Both the position numbers and the translations under genes were made by a program. The notes under the pieces were generated by a model that ran no database searches, was not told the DNA's origin, and worked only from the letters and a program-made list of their open reading frames with translations. From Phycisphaerales bacterium (lineage in GTDB: Bacteria; Planctomycetota; Phycisphaerae; Phycisphaerales; UBA1924), in the NCBI GenBank assembly GCA_965227775.1, contig OZ245777.1, positions 3,168,001 through 3,232,000 on the forward strand: 64,000 nucleotides of DNA, in the 5' to 3' direction. Positions 26,284 through 36,563 of this stretch are shown piece by piece; position 1 is the first letter of the stretch; each line of letters opens with the position of its first letter.

Positions 26284-29200
26284 TTAGCGCCGCCGGCGCT
26301 TCGACGCGCTCGCCGCGGGCTTGCTCACGACGCGTGGCGGGTCGGGCTCGAAGGGAGGCTCTTCCTCGTCCTCTTCTTCGAGCTCTTCTTCTTCGAGTTC
26401 TTCGTCTTCCTCGTCGACGTCTTCCTCATCTTCTTCTTCGTCGGCGTCCTCTTCGTCGCCGAGCTCTTCGTCCTCTTCCTCGTATTCCTCGTCGCCTTCT
26501 TCGTACTCCTCGTCCTCTTCGTCGCCGTCTTCGTCGTACTCCGCTTCGTCTTCTTCCTCGTCGTCCTCTTCTTTGTCGGCTTCTTCTTCGTCGTCGAGCT
26601 CGTCCTCTTCGAGCTCGTCGTCTTGTTCTTCCTCTACCTCGTCGTCTTCCTCGATCTCTTCATCCTCTTCTTCTTCGACGCCATCGCGAACCTCGGGCTC
26701 GGCCGCTTCCTCTTCACCGTCGAGCGTGCCGACGACCTCGACCTCGACGCTCGCCTCTTCATCGAAGGGCTCGTCCTCGTATCCGGCGAGGTCGGCGTCG
26801 TCGGGATCGGCCGCCGCGTCCTTGGCGGCCAGGTCCTTCATCGCCGCCCATTCCTCGGGCGAGATCTTGACGTCTCGCGCGACGCTGCCCTTGTGGTCGC
26901 TGATGACCCCGGCGATGCCCATGAGGTCGATCAGCCGGCTCGCGCGCGTGTAGCCGATGGCCAGGCGGCGCTGCAAGAGGCTCACGCTGCCGCGCTTGGT
27001 CTCCAGCACGATCTCGACGGCGCGGTCGAACAGTGGGTCCTTCAAGGCTCGTCGCAGGCTTGCGGAGTTGTTGTTGGCGCTCTGGAGCAGGCGGTCGTCG
27101 TCGCTCAGGCCGCCCTCGGGCTGGCCAAGCTGCATGATCTGCCGCTCGAAGCTCGGGCCGGCGACCTCGCGCACGAACTTGACGACACGTCGTATCTCGA
27201 TGTCATCCACCAGTGTGCCCTGGCTGCGCATGAGCTTGTGGTTGCTCGGGCTCAGGAAGAGCATGTCGCCCTGGCCCAGCAGCAGCTCGCCGCCCTTCTG
27301 GTCAAGGATGATGCGGCTATCCAAGCCGCTGGCGACCTTGAACGTGATCCGGCAGGGCATGTTGCCCTTGATCAGTCCAGTGACCACGTTGGCCTGCGGC
27401 CGCTGCGTCGCGAGTATCAGGTGGATGCCGACGGCACGGGCCTTCTGCGCGATGCGGACGATGGCGCCCTCGACCTCCTTGTTGGTCATCATCAGGTCGG
27501 CCAGTTCGTCGATGATGAAGACCATGTACGGCAGCTTGCGCGGCACGCGCGCCGCCTGCTCGTCGGTCTCGTGGCCGAGGCGTTCCTTGATCTCCTCCCA
27601 GTCGAGATCGTTGTAGCTCGAGATGTCGCGGCAGCCGGCCTCGGCCAGAAGCTCATACCGCTCGTCCATCTTCGTGACGGCCCACTCGAGGATCGCCGCC
27701 GCCTTGTGCATCTCGGTGACGACCGGGCACATCAGGTGTGGGATGTCCTTGAATTGGCTCATCTCGACCATCTTGGGGTCGACCAGGACGAGCCGTAGTT
27801 CGTTGGGCTTCTTGGTGTACAGGAACGACATGATGATCGTGTTCATGCACACAGACTTGCCGCTGCCCGTCGTACCGGCGATGAGCACGTGCGGCATCTT
27901 CGTCAGGTCGGCGATGAGCGGCTCGCCCGACGCGTCCTTGCCCAGGAACATCGGCAGCTTCATGCCCTGGAACTTCTCGGGCCGGCCCATGAGCTCCTTG
28001 AGGCGCACCTTCTCCTTCGTTGGGTTGGGCACCTCGATGCCCACCGTGTCGCGGCCGACCTGGTTGGCAACGATGCGCACGTTGACGGCCTTGAGCGCCC
28101 GCGCGATGTCGCTGCTTACGGCGTTGAGCTGGTTGACTTTCGTGCCCGGCGCCAGCCGCACGTCGTACAGGGTGATGACCGGCCCGCTCTCGATGCCCAC
28201 GACCTCGCCCTTGATGCGGTATTCGTGCAGGGCGCGCTCGAGCGCCTCGGCCCCCTCGCGCACCATCTCGTCGAGCTTGTCGTTGAAGTCTTCCTCGGGC
28301 TCTTCGAGCAGGTCGAGGCCGGGGAACTTGTAGCCCTCAAGCTCGACGCCCTGGAGGTCGCGCAGGTCCTCTTCCTTGGCCACCGAGCGGTTCTGGTTGG
28401 CGAAGAGCACGGGCATCTTCTGGATCTTCTCGCGCAGGCGGTCCTCGCTGAAGACCTGCGGCGCGCCGACCTCGTCGTCTTCTTCCTCCAGCTCCTCTTC
28501 CTCGGGCTCTTCTTCGTCTTCTTCGTACTCGTCCTCGTCGTACCCCTCGTCTTCTTCCTCGTCCTCGTACTCCTCTTCGTACTCGTCCTCGTCCAGCTCG
28601 CCCTCGTCGGTGGCAATGTCCTTCTCGATGCGCTTGGCGCGTGCCTCAGCCTTCTTGCGTTTCTCGGCCTTCGGACGCATGCGCTCATCGTCGTCCAGGT
28701 CGTTTGCTCGCACGGGCACGCGCTTCACCGGCCTCAGCTTCTCACCCACACCCGCCAGCCACGCACCGACAGACGCCAGCACGCCCCGGAACGTCAGCGC
28801 CCCACCGCCTGCGGTGCGCCCGAGCCAGCCCGCTTGGTGCAGCAGTCCCGCGCCGGCCGGCACGAGCCATCGGTCGTACGCGACGATCAGGCCGATCACA
28901 AACGCGACCAGCATCCACAGAAGCGTTCCCGCGACGTTGAAGTGCTCGCGAAGCTCGGCCGAACCGACGAAGCCGACAACGCCGCCGGGCAGATCTGGCA
29001 ATCGCGCGGTCGAAGGAAGCAGCACGGCCTGAACGCCCGCGCCGGCGACCGCGATCACGACCACGCCAACGATACGGATCAACGGGTGATCGACCCGCGC
29101 CCCGCCGAAGTGCAGCCCAATGAGCAGGGCCAGCCCGGCCAGGAACACCCAGGCCCCCAGCCCGACGGTGTAGTACGACCAGTAGGCCACCAACGCCCCG

Positions 29201-29388
29201 ATGCCGCCCATCCAGTTGGCGGCCGGATCGTTGGCCGGCCAGGCCGCAAAGCCCGGCGCGTCGGCCGCGTCGAACCCGATCAGGCTGGCCGCGATGAACA
29301 GCCACAGCGCACTGACCACCAGCCAGGCGATCCAACGCAGCACGGGCGCCAGCGACGCCCCTTCGTCATCCGTGACCCGAGATGCCAT
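26284..29388 (-). CDS. ftsK: DNA translocase FtsK/SpoIIIE with acidic linker and acidic C-terminal tail
   Basis: 4TM N-domain, PHVLIAGTTGSGKS, IIDELADLM, ATQRP and gamma domain SVSLLQRRLAIGYTRASRLID. Confidence 0.96.
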   Translation of the reverse strand: MASRVTDDEGASLAPVLRWIAWLVVSALWLFIAASLIGFDAADAPGFAAWPANDPAANWMGGIGALVAYWSYYTVGLGAWVFLAGLALLIGLHFGGARVDHPLIRIVGVVVIAVAGAGVQAVLLPSTARLPDLPGGVVGFVGSAELREHFNVAGTLLWMLVAFVIGLIVAYDRWLVPAGAGLLHQAGWLGRTAGGGALTFRGVLASVGAWLAGVGEKLRPVKRVPVRANDLDDDERMRPKAEKRKKAEARAKRIEKDIATDEGELDEDEYEEEYEDEEEDEGYDEDEYEEDEEEPEEEELEEEDDEVGAPQVFSEDRLREKIQKMPVLFANQNRSVAKEEDLRDLQGVELEGYKFPGLDLLEEPEEDFNDKLDEMVREGAEALERALHEYRIKGEVVGIESGPVITLYDVRLAPGTKVNQLNAVSSDIARALKAVNVRIVANQVGRDTVGIEVPNPTKEKVRLKELMGRPEKFQGMKLPMFLGKDASGEPLIADLTKMPHVLIAGTTGSGKSVCMNTIIMSFLYTKKPNELRLVLVDPKMVEMSQFKDIPHLMCPVVTEMHKAAAILEWAVTKMDERYELLAEAGCRDISSYNDLDWEEIKERLGHETDEQAARVPRKLPYMVFIIDELADLMMTNKEVEGAIVRIAQKARAVGIHLILATQRPQANVVTGLIKGNMPCRITFKVASGLDSRIILDQKGGELLLGQGDMLFLSPSNHKLMRSQGTLVDDIEIRRVVKFVREVAGPSFERQIMQLGQPEGGLSDDDRLLQSANNNSASLRRALKDPLFDRAVEIVLETKRGSVSLLQRRLAIGYTRASRLIDLMGIAGVISDHKGSVARDVKISPEEWAAMKDLAAKDAAADPDDADLAGYEDEPFDEEASVEVEVVGTLDGEEEAAEPEVRDGVEEEEDEEIEEDDEVEEEQDDELEEDELDDEEEADKEEDDEEEDEAEYDEDGDEEDEEYEEGDEEYEEEDEELGDEEDADEEEDEEDVDEEDEELEEEELEEEDEEEPPFEPDPPRVVSKPAASASKRRRR

Positions 29389-29469
29389 AGGACCAACGGT
29401 ATCGGCTCGGCGGGCCCTGGCGCGGCAGGAATGCCCCCACCACTGTGGGCTACCCGGGCGTACCAGCGG

Positions 29470-31209
29470 CTAGGCGGCCCGTGTCGGCTTGCCTTCCCGC
29501 TCGGCGGGCTCTTGCCCCTCGTCCTCGTCCAATTCATCGGGGTCCGAGCCGTCGACAAGCACGCCGTCTTCGAGGCGAACCACGCCAAGCGGGTTGGCCG
29601 CGCGAAGCTCCTTCGGTAGCACCGCCTCGGGCGCATTCTGGTACGACACGTCGCGCAGCCAACGGTTGGCCGCATCGATCCCAACCGACGTCGCGGGCAC
29701 GCCCTGGCTGGCGGGGTAGGGCCCGCCATGGACCAATGAGGGGCAGAGTTCCAGCCCTGTCGGTGTCGCATTGAACACGAGCCGGCCGACGCGGTGCTCG
29801 AGCGTGCCGGCGAGCCTGCGGCCCACATTGCCATCGGTCGGACCCATCCAGATCGACCCGGTCAGCGCCCCGCCCACGGCGCTCGCCGCTGAAAGCACGC
29901 CCGAGGCGTCATCGGCCATCACCAGCACCATGGCTGGCCCGAAGACCTCCTGGCGAACCAACGGCTCGCGCTCGAACACTTGGCCGGCGCAACGCAGCAG
30001 GCATCCGTTCACGATCGCCGCCTTGCCCGCCTCCTGGTCGGCCGCGTGGAACGCGCCGCCCTCGAGCCGCACGCCCTTGGTGTCGAGTAACGCAGCGACA
30101 TCATTCATGAATCGAGTACGAAGCCTCGGCCCACGCATCTTCGCCGCAGGCATCTGATCGAACATCGACGCCAACTGCTTGGCGAAGACCTCGGACTCGG
30201 CCCCTCGCTGCAGCACCACCACGCTCGGCCGCGTGCAGGTCTGTCCGGCCACGTTGACGCACGATTGGAACAACCGTTCGGCAATCGTCGGCCCGTTGGC
30301 CTCGAGCGCCCCAGGCAGCACGAACACTGGGTTGATCGTTCCGATGGACGCCGAGAACATCATGCCCGGCGAACGATGGGAAATAACTGCCGCAATCTCG
30401 TCGGCAGCTTGCTTCGAGCCCACGAACGCAAGCCCCCTGATGCACGGATGCTCGACCAGCGTGTCGAGCAGTTCCGCCTCAGCATCTTCGTCGGCGTGCA
30501 CCAGCGTAATGAGCCCGGACGGCGCTCCCTTGGCCTCACAAGCCTGCATCGCAACGCGCGCGATCATCGCGTCGGTCAGCGGATGTTCCGGATGGCTCTT
30601 GCACACGATCGGGCAGCCCGCCGCGAGCGCTGAGACCGCGTCGGCACCGAGCGCCCCCCCGGTCAACGGCTGATTGGCCGGGCCGAAGATCGCAACCGGC
30701 CCGATCGCTCGACGGAAGCGACGAAGATCGGGCTTTGGGAGCGGCCGCCTGCTGGGCTCCGCGGAGTCGATGCACGAGTGGTCGAACGCACGCCGGCGCA
30801 CGGCTGCCGCGAACATCCTGAGCACCAGCATGAGCCGCTCTCGCTCGGCCACGATCCGCACTGCGCTAAAGCCGGTCTCGTTGGCGGCGAGCTTCACGAG
30901 ATCATCGCCAAGCCCGTGCACCGCGTCCGCGATGGCCTCGAGCATCAGCGCTCGCCGCTCGACATCGACCTCCAGCATGCCGTGGTGGGCCGCCCACGCC
31001 GCCATCGCAGCACCATTGACTTCCTGAGGCGTCGATACTTCGACCTTGGGCCCGGTGGGCGTCCCCGTCGCGGGGCTGATCGCCTGGAAGGTGCGACGCG
31101 ACCCGATGCCGTCCTTCGGCATGAAGCCAGTGGGAACCATCGCTCGGGTGAGTCCCGCGAGCGCTTTGGCGGCATCCGTGTTTTGCGGCGTCGACACGGC
31201 CACGCTCAT
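29470..31209 (-). CDS. Aldehyde dehydrogenase family protein (KGSA-dehydrogenase-like, divergent)
   Basis: PLPKPDLRR, SALAAGCP, KSHPEHP, GQTCTRP, QEVFGP and PSLVHGGPYPA. Confidence 0.85.
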   Translation of the reverse strand: MSVAVSTPQNTDAAKALAGLTRAMVPTGFMPKDGIGSRRTFQAISPATGTPTGPKVEVSTPQEVNGAAMAAWAAHHGMLEVDVERRALMLEAIADAVHGLGDDLVKLAANETGFSAVRIVAERERLMLVLRMFAAAVRRRAFDHSCIDSAEPSRRPLPKPDLRRFRRAIGPVAIFGPANQPLTGGALGADAVSALAAGCPIVCKSHPEHPLTDAMIARVAMQACEAKGAPSGLITLVHADEDAEAELLDTLVEHPCIRGLAFVGSKQAADEIAAVISHRSPGMMFSASIGTINPVFVLPGALEANGPTIAERLFQSCVNVAGQTCTRPSVVVLQRGAESEVFAKQLASMFDQMPAAKMRGPRLRTRFMNDVAALLDTKGVRLEGGAFHAADQEAGKAAIVNGCLLRCAGQVFEREPLVRQEVFGPAMVLVMADDASGVLSAASAVGGALTGSIWMGPTDGNVGRRLAGTLEHRVGRLVFNATPTGLELCPSLVHGGPYPASQGVPATSVGIDAANRWLRDVSYQNAPEAVLPKELRAANPLGVVRLEDGVLVDGSDPDELDEDEGQEPAEREGKPTRAA

Positions 31210-31280
31210 TCATCGACCGATATACCGGCCGACTTCACTCGACGTCCGATAGCTCACGCTCAATGCCCCGAGCGCGCAGC

Positions 31281-31313
31281 AAAACGCTGCCCGGGCAACC
31301 AAACCGGGCAGCG
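31281..31313 (-). terminator. Intrinsic terminator after the PEP-CTERM gene
   Basis: Stem CGCTGCCCGG/CCGGGCAGCG followed by TTTT on the minus strand. Confidence 0.7.
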
Positions 31314-31341
31314 TGCGATAGGTCAGCTGTTCGACGCCGGA

Positions 31342-31926
31342 TTAGCGGCGACGGCGAGCGGCGACGAGGCCGCCGAGGCCCAGCAGGGCCAGCGACGCCG
31401 GAGCCGGGATCACCTCGATGCGGCCGAGCCCCTCGATGACCGTGGAGGTCACGTCGCTGCTCAGGCCGGTGTCATCAAGGTACAGGCTGTACCGGGCCGT
31501 CTCGGTCGACAGGTCCACGGTGCGAGCCGTGAAGTCGGTCGTGCTCCAGGTGGCCGACCAGATGAGGATCGGGTCGCTGGTGTCTGCGAAGATGCCACCG
31601 GGAGGGAACTGCAACTGGCCGGTCACGATGTCCATGACATCGCCGGTCATGGGCGTGCCAGCATCCTGACCAGGATCGCTGAACGCCAACGTGGGGCCAG
31701 AGAAGTCACCGGTGCCGTCGCCACGCAGGGCCCACTCGGCCGCGGCAAACGCGTAGAACAGGTCCGAATCCCAATCGGCGTAAACCTCGACGGTCGTCGA
31801 AGGCTGGCCGGGACTCACGACGTTGCTCACGCGGATGTCGTACGTGTTGGCAGTCACGGTGGCGCTTGCAATGGCAGTCACGCCAAGGGCAGCGCCGGCG
31901 AACGCGGCAATTCTGGTTGCGGTCAT
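31342..31926 (-). CDS. PEP-CTERM-type (IPAPA) sorted surface protein
   Basis: Signal peptide MTATRIAAFAGAALGVTAIASA, C-terminus IPAPASLALLGLGGLVAARRRR, AGGAG RBS. Confidence 0.9.
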   Translation of the reverse strand: MTATRIAAFAGAALGVTAIASATVTANTYDIRVSNVVSPGQPSTTVEVYADWDSDLFYAFAAAEWALRGDGTGDFSGPTLAFSDPGQDAGTPMTGDVMDIVTGQLQFPPGGIFADTSDPILIWSATWSTTDFTARTVDLSTETARYSLYLDDTGLSSDVTSTVIEGLGRIEVIPAPASLALLGLGGLVAARRRR

Positions 31927-32138
31927 GTCTCGTCTCTCCTGACGTGTTGAACCAGGGTTTGTCTCTTCCTGCGGCAAAGATACCACAAAACCACCCAGCC
32001 GATCAACCCTTTTTCGAGAATGCAAGGAAAATTGCCAAAAAAACCCGCGTTATCGGGATATTCCGAATAACCCCTACAACCCGTACAATCTGCAACCCTA
32101 CAGACGCGCATACCGCGACATAGGTCTATCCTCCGCCT

Positions 32139-33671
32139 ATGCCGTCCAAGACCCGATCATTCCTGCTGCAGGGCGTTGACGCCACACCCTGCGAGGTCGA
32201 GGTCGACCTCGATGACGCCGCCCTGGCCAAGGAGACGATCGTCGGCCTGCCCGATGCGGCCATCCGCGAATCCATCGAGCGCGTGCGAGCAGCGCTGACC
32301 AACACGGGTTATCAATTCCCGAACGGCCGCCTCGTTATCAATCTGGCCCCGGCCCACCTTCGGAAAGAGGGCCCGATCTACGACCTGCCGATCGCCGTGG
32401 CGTTGCTGACTGCCACGGGCGTCCTGCGTGGGCAGGCTGCCGACGACAGCCCGCCGCGCATGCACCGCAGCATGATCGCGGGTGAGCTCGCACTCGATGG
32501 ACGCGTCCGCCCCATCCGCGGCGTCATCGCCATGGCCGACCTTGCGCGACAGGAGGGCCTCGACGCCGTCATCGTGCCAGTCGAGAACGCCGCCGAAGCC
32601 GCCGTTGCCGGTCCGACTACATATGGAGTGCGAACGCTGGCGGAGGTCGTCGGCCTACTCAACGGCGTGCTCGACATCGAGCCGCAGACGCCTCCGGATC
32701 TCGATTCGATGCTGCACGCGGCCCAGGTGCCCATCGACTTCGCAGAAGTGCGCGGCCAGGAGGCGGTCAAGCGGGCCATCGTCATCGCCGCCGCGGGCGG
32801 GCACAACGTGGTCATGCTCGGGCCCGCGGGCACCGGAAAGACCATGATGGCTCGGGCCTTGCCGGGCGTTCTACCGCCCATGAGCGCCGCCGAGGCCATC
32901 GAGATCACGCGGATCCACTCGGCCGCCGGCGAGCTCCCGCCTGGGCAGGGGCTCGTCGCGAGCCGGCCAGTGCGCACGCCTCACCACACCGCTTCGGCGG
33001 CCTCGATCGTGGGCGGCGGCGTCGTCCCCAGGCCGGGCGAGGTCTCGCTTGCGACCCACGGCATCCTTTTCATGGATGAGCTTCCCGAGTTTCCACGATC
33101 GGTGCTCGAGACGCTGCGCCAACCGCTGGAAGATCATCAGGTGACGATCTCAAGATCGCGTGGCACGGTGCGTTTCCCCGCCGACTTCCTCTTCGTCGCT
33201 GCCATGAATCCGGCCCCCGGTGGCTCTGCTGGCACATCGGCCGCAGGCATCAAGGCGGCCGAGCGATACCGCGCTCGCATTAGCGGCCCCTTGCTCGACC
33301 GCATCGACATCCACGTCGAGGCGCCGGCCGTCCCCTGGAAGGAACTGTCCTCCAAGAGCCAGGACGGCAGCACGGATTCGGCGACCATGCGAGAACGCGT
33401 GCTCCGCGCGCGAAAGGTGCAGTCCTCGCGGCAGGGTGAGGGCGTTCTCAACGGTCGCCTGCGAGGCAAGCAACTCGACGTGCTCGCACCAATGAGCGAG
33501 CCCGCGAGCGCCTTGCTCGGCCAGGCCATCGCCGAACTCGGATTGTCGGCCCGCGCGTACGACAAGGTGCGCCGGGTGGCCCGTACCGTGGCCGACCTCG
33601 ACGGGGCCGAGGGGCTTGATGTCCAGCACGTGGCCGAGGCGGTCCAGTACCGGCTGCTCGACCGGGCCTGA
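32139..33671 (+). CDS. comM: YifB/ComM Mg-chelatase-like AAA+ ATPase
   Basis: IVGLPDAAIRES, NLAPA, GPAGTGKT, RTPHHTAS, FMDELPEF, SGPLLDRID and LSARAYDKVRRVART. Confidence 0.93.
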   Translation: MPSKTRSFLLQGVDATPCEVEVDLDDAALAKETIVGLPDAAIRESIERVRAALTNTGYQFPNGRLVINLAPAHLRKEGPIYDLPIAVALLTATGVLRGQAADDSPPRMHRSMIAGELALDGRVRPIRGVIAMADLARQEGLDAVIVPVENAAEAAVAGPTTYGVRTLAEVVGLLNGVLDIEPQTPPDLDSMLHAAQVPIDFAEVRGQEAVKRAIVIAAAGGHNVVMLGPAGTGKTMMARALPGVLPPMSAAEAIEITRIHSAAGELPPGQGLVASRPVRTPHHTASAASIVGGGVVPRPGEVSLATHGILFMDELPEFPRSVLETLRQPLEDHQVTISRSRGTVRFPADFLFVAAMNPAPGGSAGTSAAGIKAAERYRARISGPLLDRIDIHVEAPAVPWKELSSKSQDGSTDSATMRERVLRARKVQSSRQGEGVLNGRLRGKQLDVLAPMSEPASALLGQAIAELGLSARAYDKVRRVARTVADLDGAEGLDVQHVAEAVQYRLLDRA

Positions 33672-33803
33672 GCCGGTTGCCCAGAAAGGCCCCTGGCAGC
33701 GCCCAGTCGGTCGTCGGTCGGTATCATCGCTCCTCTAGATACGTCCAAGGCCGGCCCCTCCCCGCCGGCCGTCCCGCCTCGCTACTCGTGGAGATGCGCC
33801 CTC

Positions 33804-34271
33804 ATGATCGATATCGACCGGCTTCGCCAACTCGTGGACCTGATGGTGGAGCACGACCTGACCGAGGTCGACGTGAGCGATGAGGACCAGTCCATCACGA
33901 TCAAGCGCGGCATGGGAGGCGCGTTCCAGATCTCACCCCAGCCCCAGGCGTTTGCCCCGCAGGCGGCCCCTGCGCCGGCATCCCAGGCGCCCGCCGCCCC
34001 CGCATCGGGCGCAGCTGCTGCGGACGACGGCTTGGTCGCCATCGAGTCGCCCATGGTCGGCACCTTCTACTCGGCGCCCGACCCCGACTCACCCGAGTTC
34101 GTCAGCACCGGCGCCTCGATCTCGCCCGACAGCGTGGTGTGCCTGGTGGAAGCCATGAAGGTGTTCAACGAGATCAAGGCAGAGATGGCCGGAACCGTCG
34201 AGCGCGTGTGCGTGAAGAACGGCGACGCCGTCGAGTTCGGCCAGCCGCTCTTCATGGTGAGGCCGGCCTAA
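33804..34271 (+). CDS. accB: Acetyl-CoA carboxylase biotin carboxyl carrier protein
   Basis: SPMVGTFY, EAMKVFNEI and an Ala/Pro linker. Confidence 0.97.
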   Translation: MIDIDRLRQLVDLMVEHDLTEVDVSDEDQSITIKRGMGGAFQISPQPQAFAPQAAPAPASQAPAAPASGAAAADDGLVAIESPMVGTFYSAPDPDSPEFVSTGASISPDSVVCLVEAMKVFNEIKAEMAGTVERVCVKNGDAVEFGQPLFMVRPA

Positions 34272-34274
34272 CCC

Positions 34275-35639
34275 ATGTTCAAGCGAATCCTGATCGCCAA
34301 CCGCGGCGAGATCGCGCTGCGGATCATCCGAGCATGCCGTGAACTGGGCATCGAGGCCGTCTGCGTGTATTCGCAGGCCGACAAGGACGCCCCGTACCTG
34401 CGGCTGGCCGACCGCGCCATCTGCATCGGCGCTGGCCCGAGCAAGGACAGCTACCTCAACATCCCCCGCATCATCGCGGCCGCCGAGGTGAGCGACTCCG
34501 ACGCGATCCACCCGGGCTACGGCTTCCTTTCCGAACGCGCCGACTTCTCGCAGATCTGCCGCGACTGCAAGATCGAGTTCATTGGCCCGAGCCCCGAGGC
34601 CATGGGCCAATTGGGCGACAAGGTGCAGGCCAAGCGCGCCGCCAAGGCCGCCAAGGTCCCGATCTTCCCGGGCTCCGAGGGCGCTATTGAAGAAGAAGAC
34701 GAAGCCGTCGAGGTCGCCCGCGAGATCGGCTTCCCGGTGATCATCAAGGCCGCGGCCGGCGGCGGCGGACGCGGCATGCGCGTCTGTCACAACGAGGCCA
34801 CCCTCCGCCAGAACATCAAGAAGGCACAGCAAGAGGCCAAGGCAGCCTTCGGCGACGGCAGCGTCTTCATCGAGAAGTTTCTCGAGCACGCCCGCCACGT
34901 CGAGGTTCAGGTGCTCGGCGACAAGCACGGCAGCTCCGTGCACCTCTTCGAACGCGATTGCTCGATGCAGCGTCGCCACCAGAAGCTCATCGAAGAGGCG
35001 CCCGCGCCGGGCGTCGATCGCAAGAAGGTCGCGTCGGTCTGCGAGAACGCAGCAAAGCTCATCCGCAACACCGGGTACGCCGGCGCCGCGACCGTCGAGT
35101 TCTTGATGGACGACGAGCAGAACTTCTACATGCTTGAGGTCAACACCCGCGTCCAGGTCGAGCACCCGGTGACCGAGATGATCACCGGCGTGGACATCGT
35201 GAAGAACTCGATCCTGATCGCCGCCGGCGAGAAGCTCGGCCTGCGTCAGAAGGACATCTCGGTCAACGGCCACGCGATGGAGTGCCGGATCAACGCCGAG
35301 GACCCGTCACGCAACTTCATGCCCAGCCCAGGGCGCATCGAGACCTGGGAGATGCCGGGCGGCCCGGGCATCCGCATGGACACCCACGTCGTGCCGGGGT
35401 ACATGGTGCCACCCACCTACGACTCGATGATCGGCAAGCTGATCGCGCACGGGTCCGATCGCCGCGCGTGCATCACACGTATGGCCCGCGCGCTCCGCGA
35501 GTTCCGGGTTGCGCCGATTAAGACGGTCATACCGCTGCACTTGCGATTGCTCGAGCACAGCGCGTTCCAAGAGGACGCGGTGGATATCCACTACCTCGAG
35601 CGGGCGCTCAAGCAAGACCTGCTGGGACCGGTCGGCTAG
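34275..35639 (+). CDS. accC: Acetyl-CoA carboxylase biotin carboxylase
   Basis: ILIANRGEIA, HPGYGFLSE, KAAAGGGGRGM and EVNTRVQVEHPVTE. Confidence 0.97.
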   Translation: MFKRILIANRGEIALRIIRACRELGIEAVCVYSQADKDAPYLRLADRAICIGAGPSKDSYLNIPRIIAAAEVSDSDAIHPGYGFLSERADFSQICRDCKIEFIGPSPEAMGQLGDKVQAKRAAKAAKVPIFPGSEGAIEEEDEAVEVAREIGFPVIIKAAAGGGGRGMRVCHNEATLRQNIKKAQQEAKAAFGDGSVFIEKFLEHARHVEVQVLGDKHGSSVHLFERDCSMQRRHQKLIEEAPAPGVDRKKVASVCENAAKLIRNTGYAGAATVEFLMDDEQNFYMLEVNTRVQVEHPVTEMITGVDIVKNSILIAAGEKLGLRQKDISVNGHAMECRINAEDPSRNFMPSPGRIETWEMPGGPGIRMDTHVVPGYMVPPTYDSMIGKLIAHGSDRRACITRMARALREFRVAPIKTVIPLHLRLLEHSAFQEDAVDIHYLERALKQDLLGPVG

Positions 35640-35864
35640 CGCGTGGATAACGCCCCATAACTCTACCAAACAGAACTCAAAAACGGACCTTTGCAAGTCA
35701 CAGACGTAAATAGTCTCGCAAATGTGACAAAAAAAGCTCGCTTTGGGTGAACATTCCCGTTAACGTATCACCAGTGCGGGTCCGGCAGCAATCGGATCCG
35801 TGGTTGTACCTCGTGAAGGCGTACCCAGAAGGGGCGTCCGTTTCCTAGGAAGAGGGTAGAAGAC

Positions 35865-36482
35865 ATGCGTAAGGCAATGACTGTTGTCGCTCTGGCCGGT
35901 GTCGCTTCGGTGGCCGCTGCTCAGTCGACGGTGTATTTCTCGGATTTTGAGGCCGATGGCGGCGGCTGGACTGCCAGCGGCGTCAACGGCGATTGGGAGC
36001 GCGGCATCCCGGTCGGTGCCGACGGCGCGGCCCTGGGTGGCTTCGCGAGCAGCGAGCCCGTCGGCGGCTTCTCGGGCGACTTCGTCTGGGGCACCGTCAT
36101 CGGCGGCCTGCACGGCGTGGGCAGCGACGAGCAGCTCAGCCAGAACTTCGACTTCAGCGGCCTGAGCGACATCACCATGTCGTTCCAGGAGTGGAGCGAC
36201 AGCGGTAGCTCGACGTTCGACATGGCTTCGGTCATCGTCAACGGCGACCAGCTCTACCTCAGCGACGGCGACTCGTTCGACGCGTGGCGCGAGGTCAGCC
36301 TCGACCTGAACGCCTACGCCGGCCTGTCCAGCGTCGACATCACCTTCAACTTCACCTCGACCACCGTTGTCGAGCGCACCGGCTGGTACGTCGATGACGT
36401 CGCCATCCGCGCCATCCCGGCTCCGGCCAGCCTGGCCCTGCTGGGTCTCGGTGGCATGGTTGCCGCCCGCCGCCGCCGCTAA
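35865..36482 (+). CDS. PEP-CTERM-type (IPAPA) surface protein with beta-sandwich domain
   Basis: Signal peptide, DFEADGGGW...WERGIP...GWYVDDV, and C-terminus IPAPASLALLGLGGMVAARRRR. Confidence 0.9.
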   Translation: MRKAMTVVALAGVASVAAAQSTVYFSDFEADGGGWTASGVNGDWERGIPVGADGAALGGFASSEPVGGFSGDFVWGTVIGGLHGVGSDEQLSQNFDFSGLSDITMSFQEWSDSGSSTFDMASVIVNGDQLYLSDGDSFDAWREVSLDLNAYAGLSSVDITFNFTSTTVVERTGWYVDDVAIRAIPAPASLALLGLGGMVAARRRR

Positions 36483-36509
36483 TCCGGCTTTCGGCAAACA
36501 CGCAATTGC

Positions 36510-36536
36510 AAAGCCCGGCCGTTCTGGCCGGGCTTT
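36510..36536. terminator. Bidirectional terminator hairpin
   Basis: AAAGCCCGGCC-GTTCT-GGCCGGGCTTT between convergent genes. Confidence 0.8.
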
Positions 36537-36563
36537 ATTGTGCGCCCGTTTCGGCTCACCCGC

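Noticed and set aside
26236..29619. Long plus-strand poly-Ser, Phe/Leu/Val-rich and Arg-rich ORFs
   Set aside because: They are antisense shadows of the GAG/GAA/GAC acidic tracts in ftsK.
35643..35760. DnaA-box-like GTGGATAA in an AT-rich intergenic region (oriC?)
   Set aside because: A single imperfect box. The region is better explained as the PEP-CTERM gene promoter.
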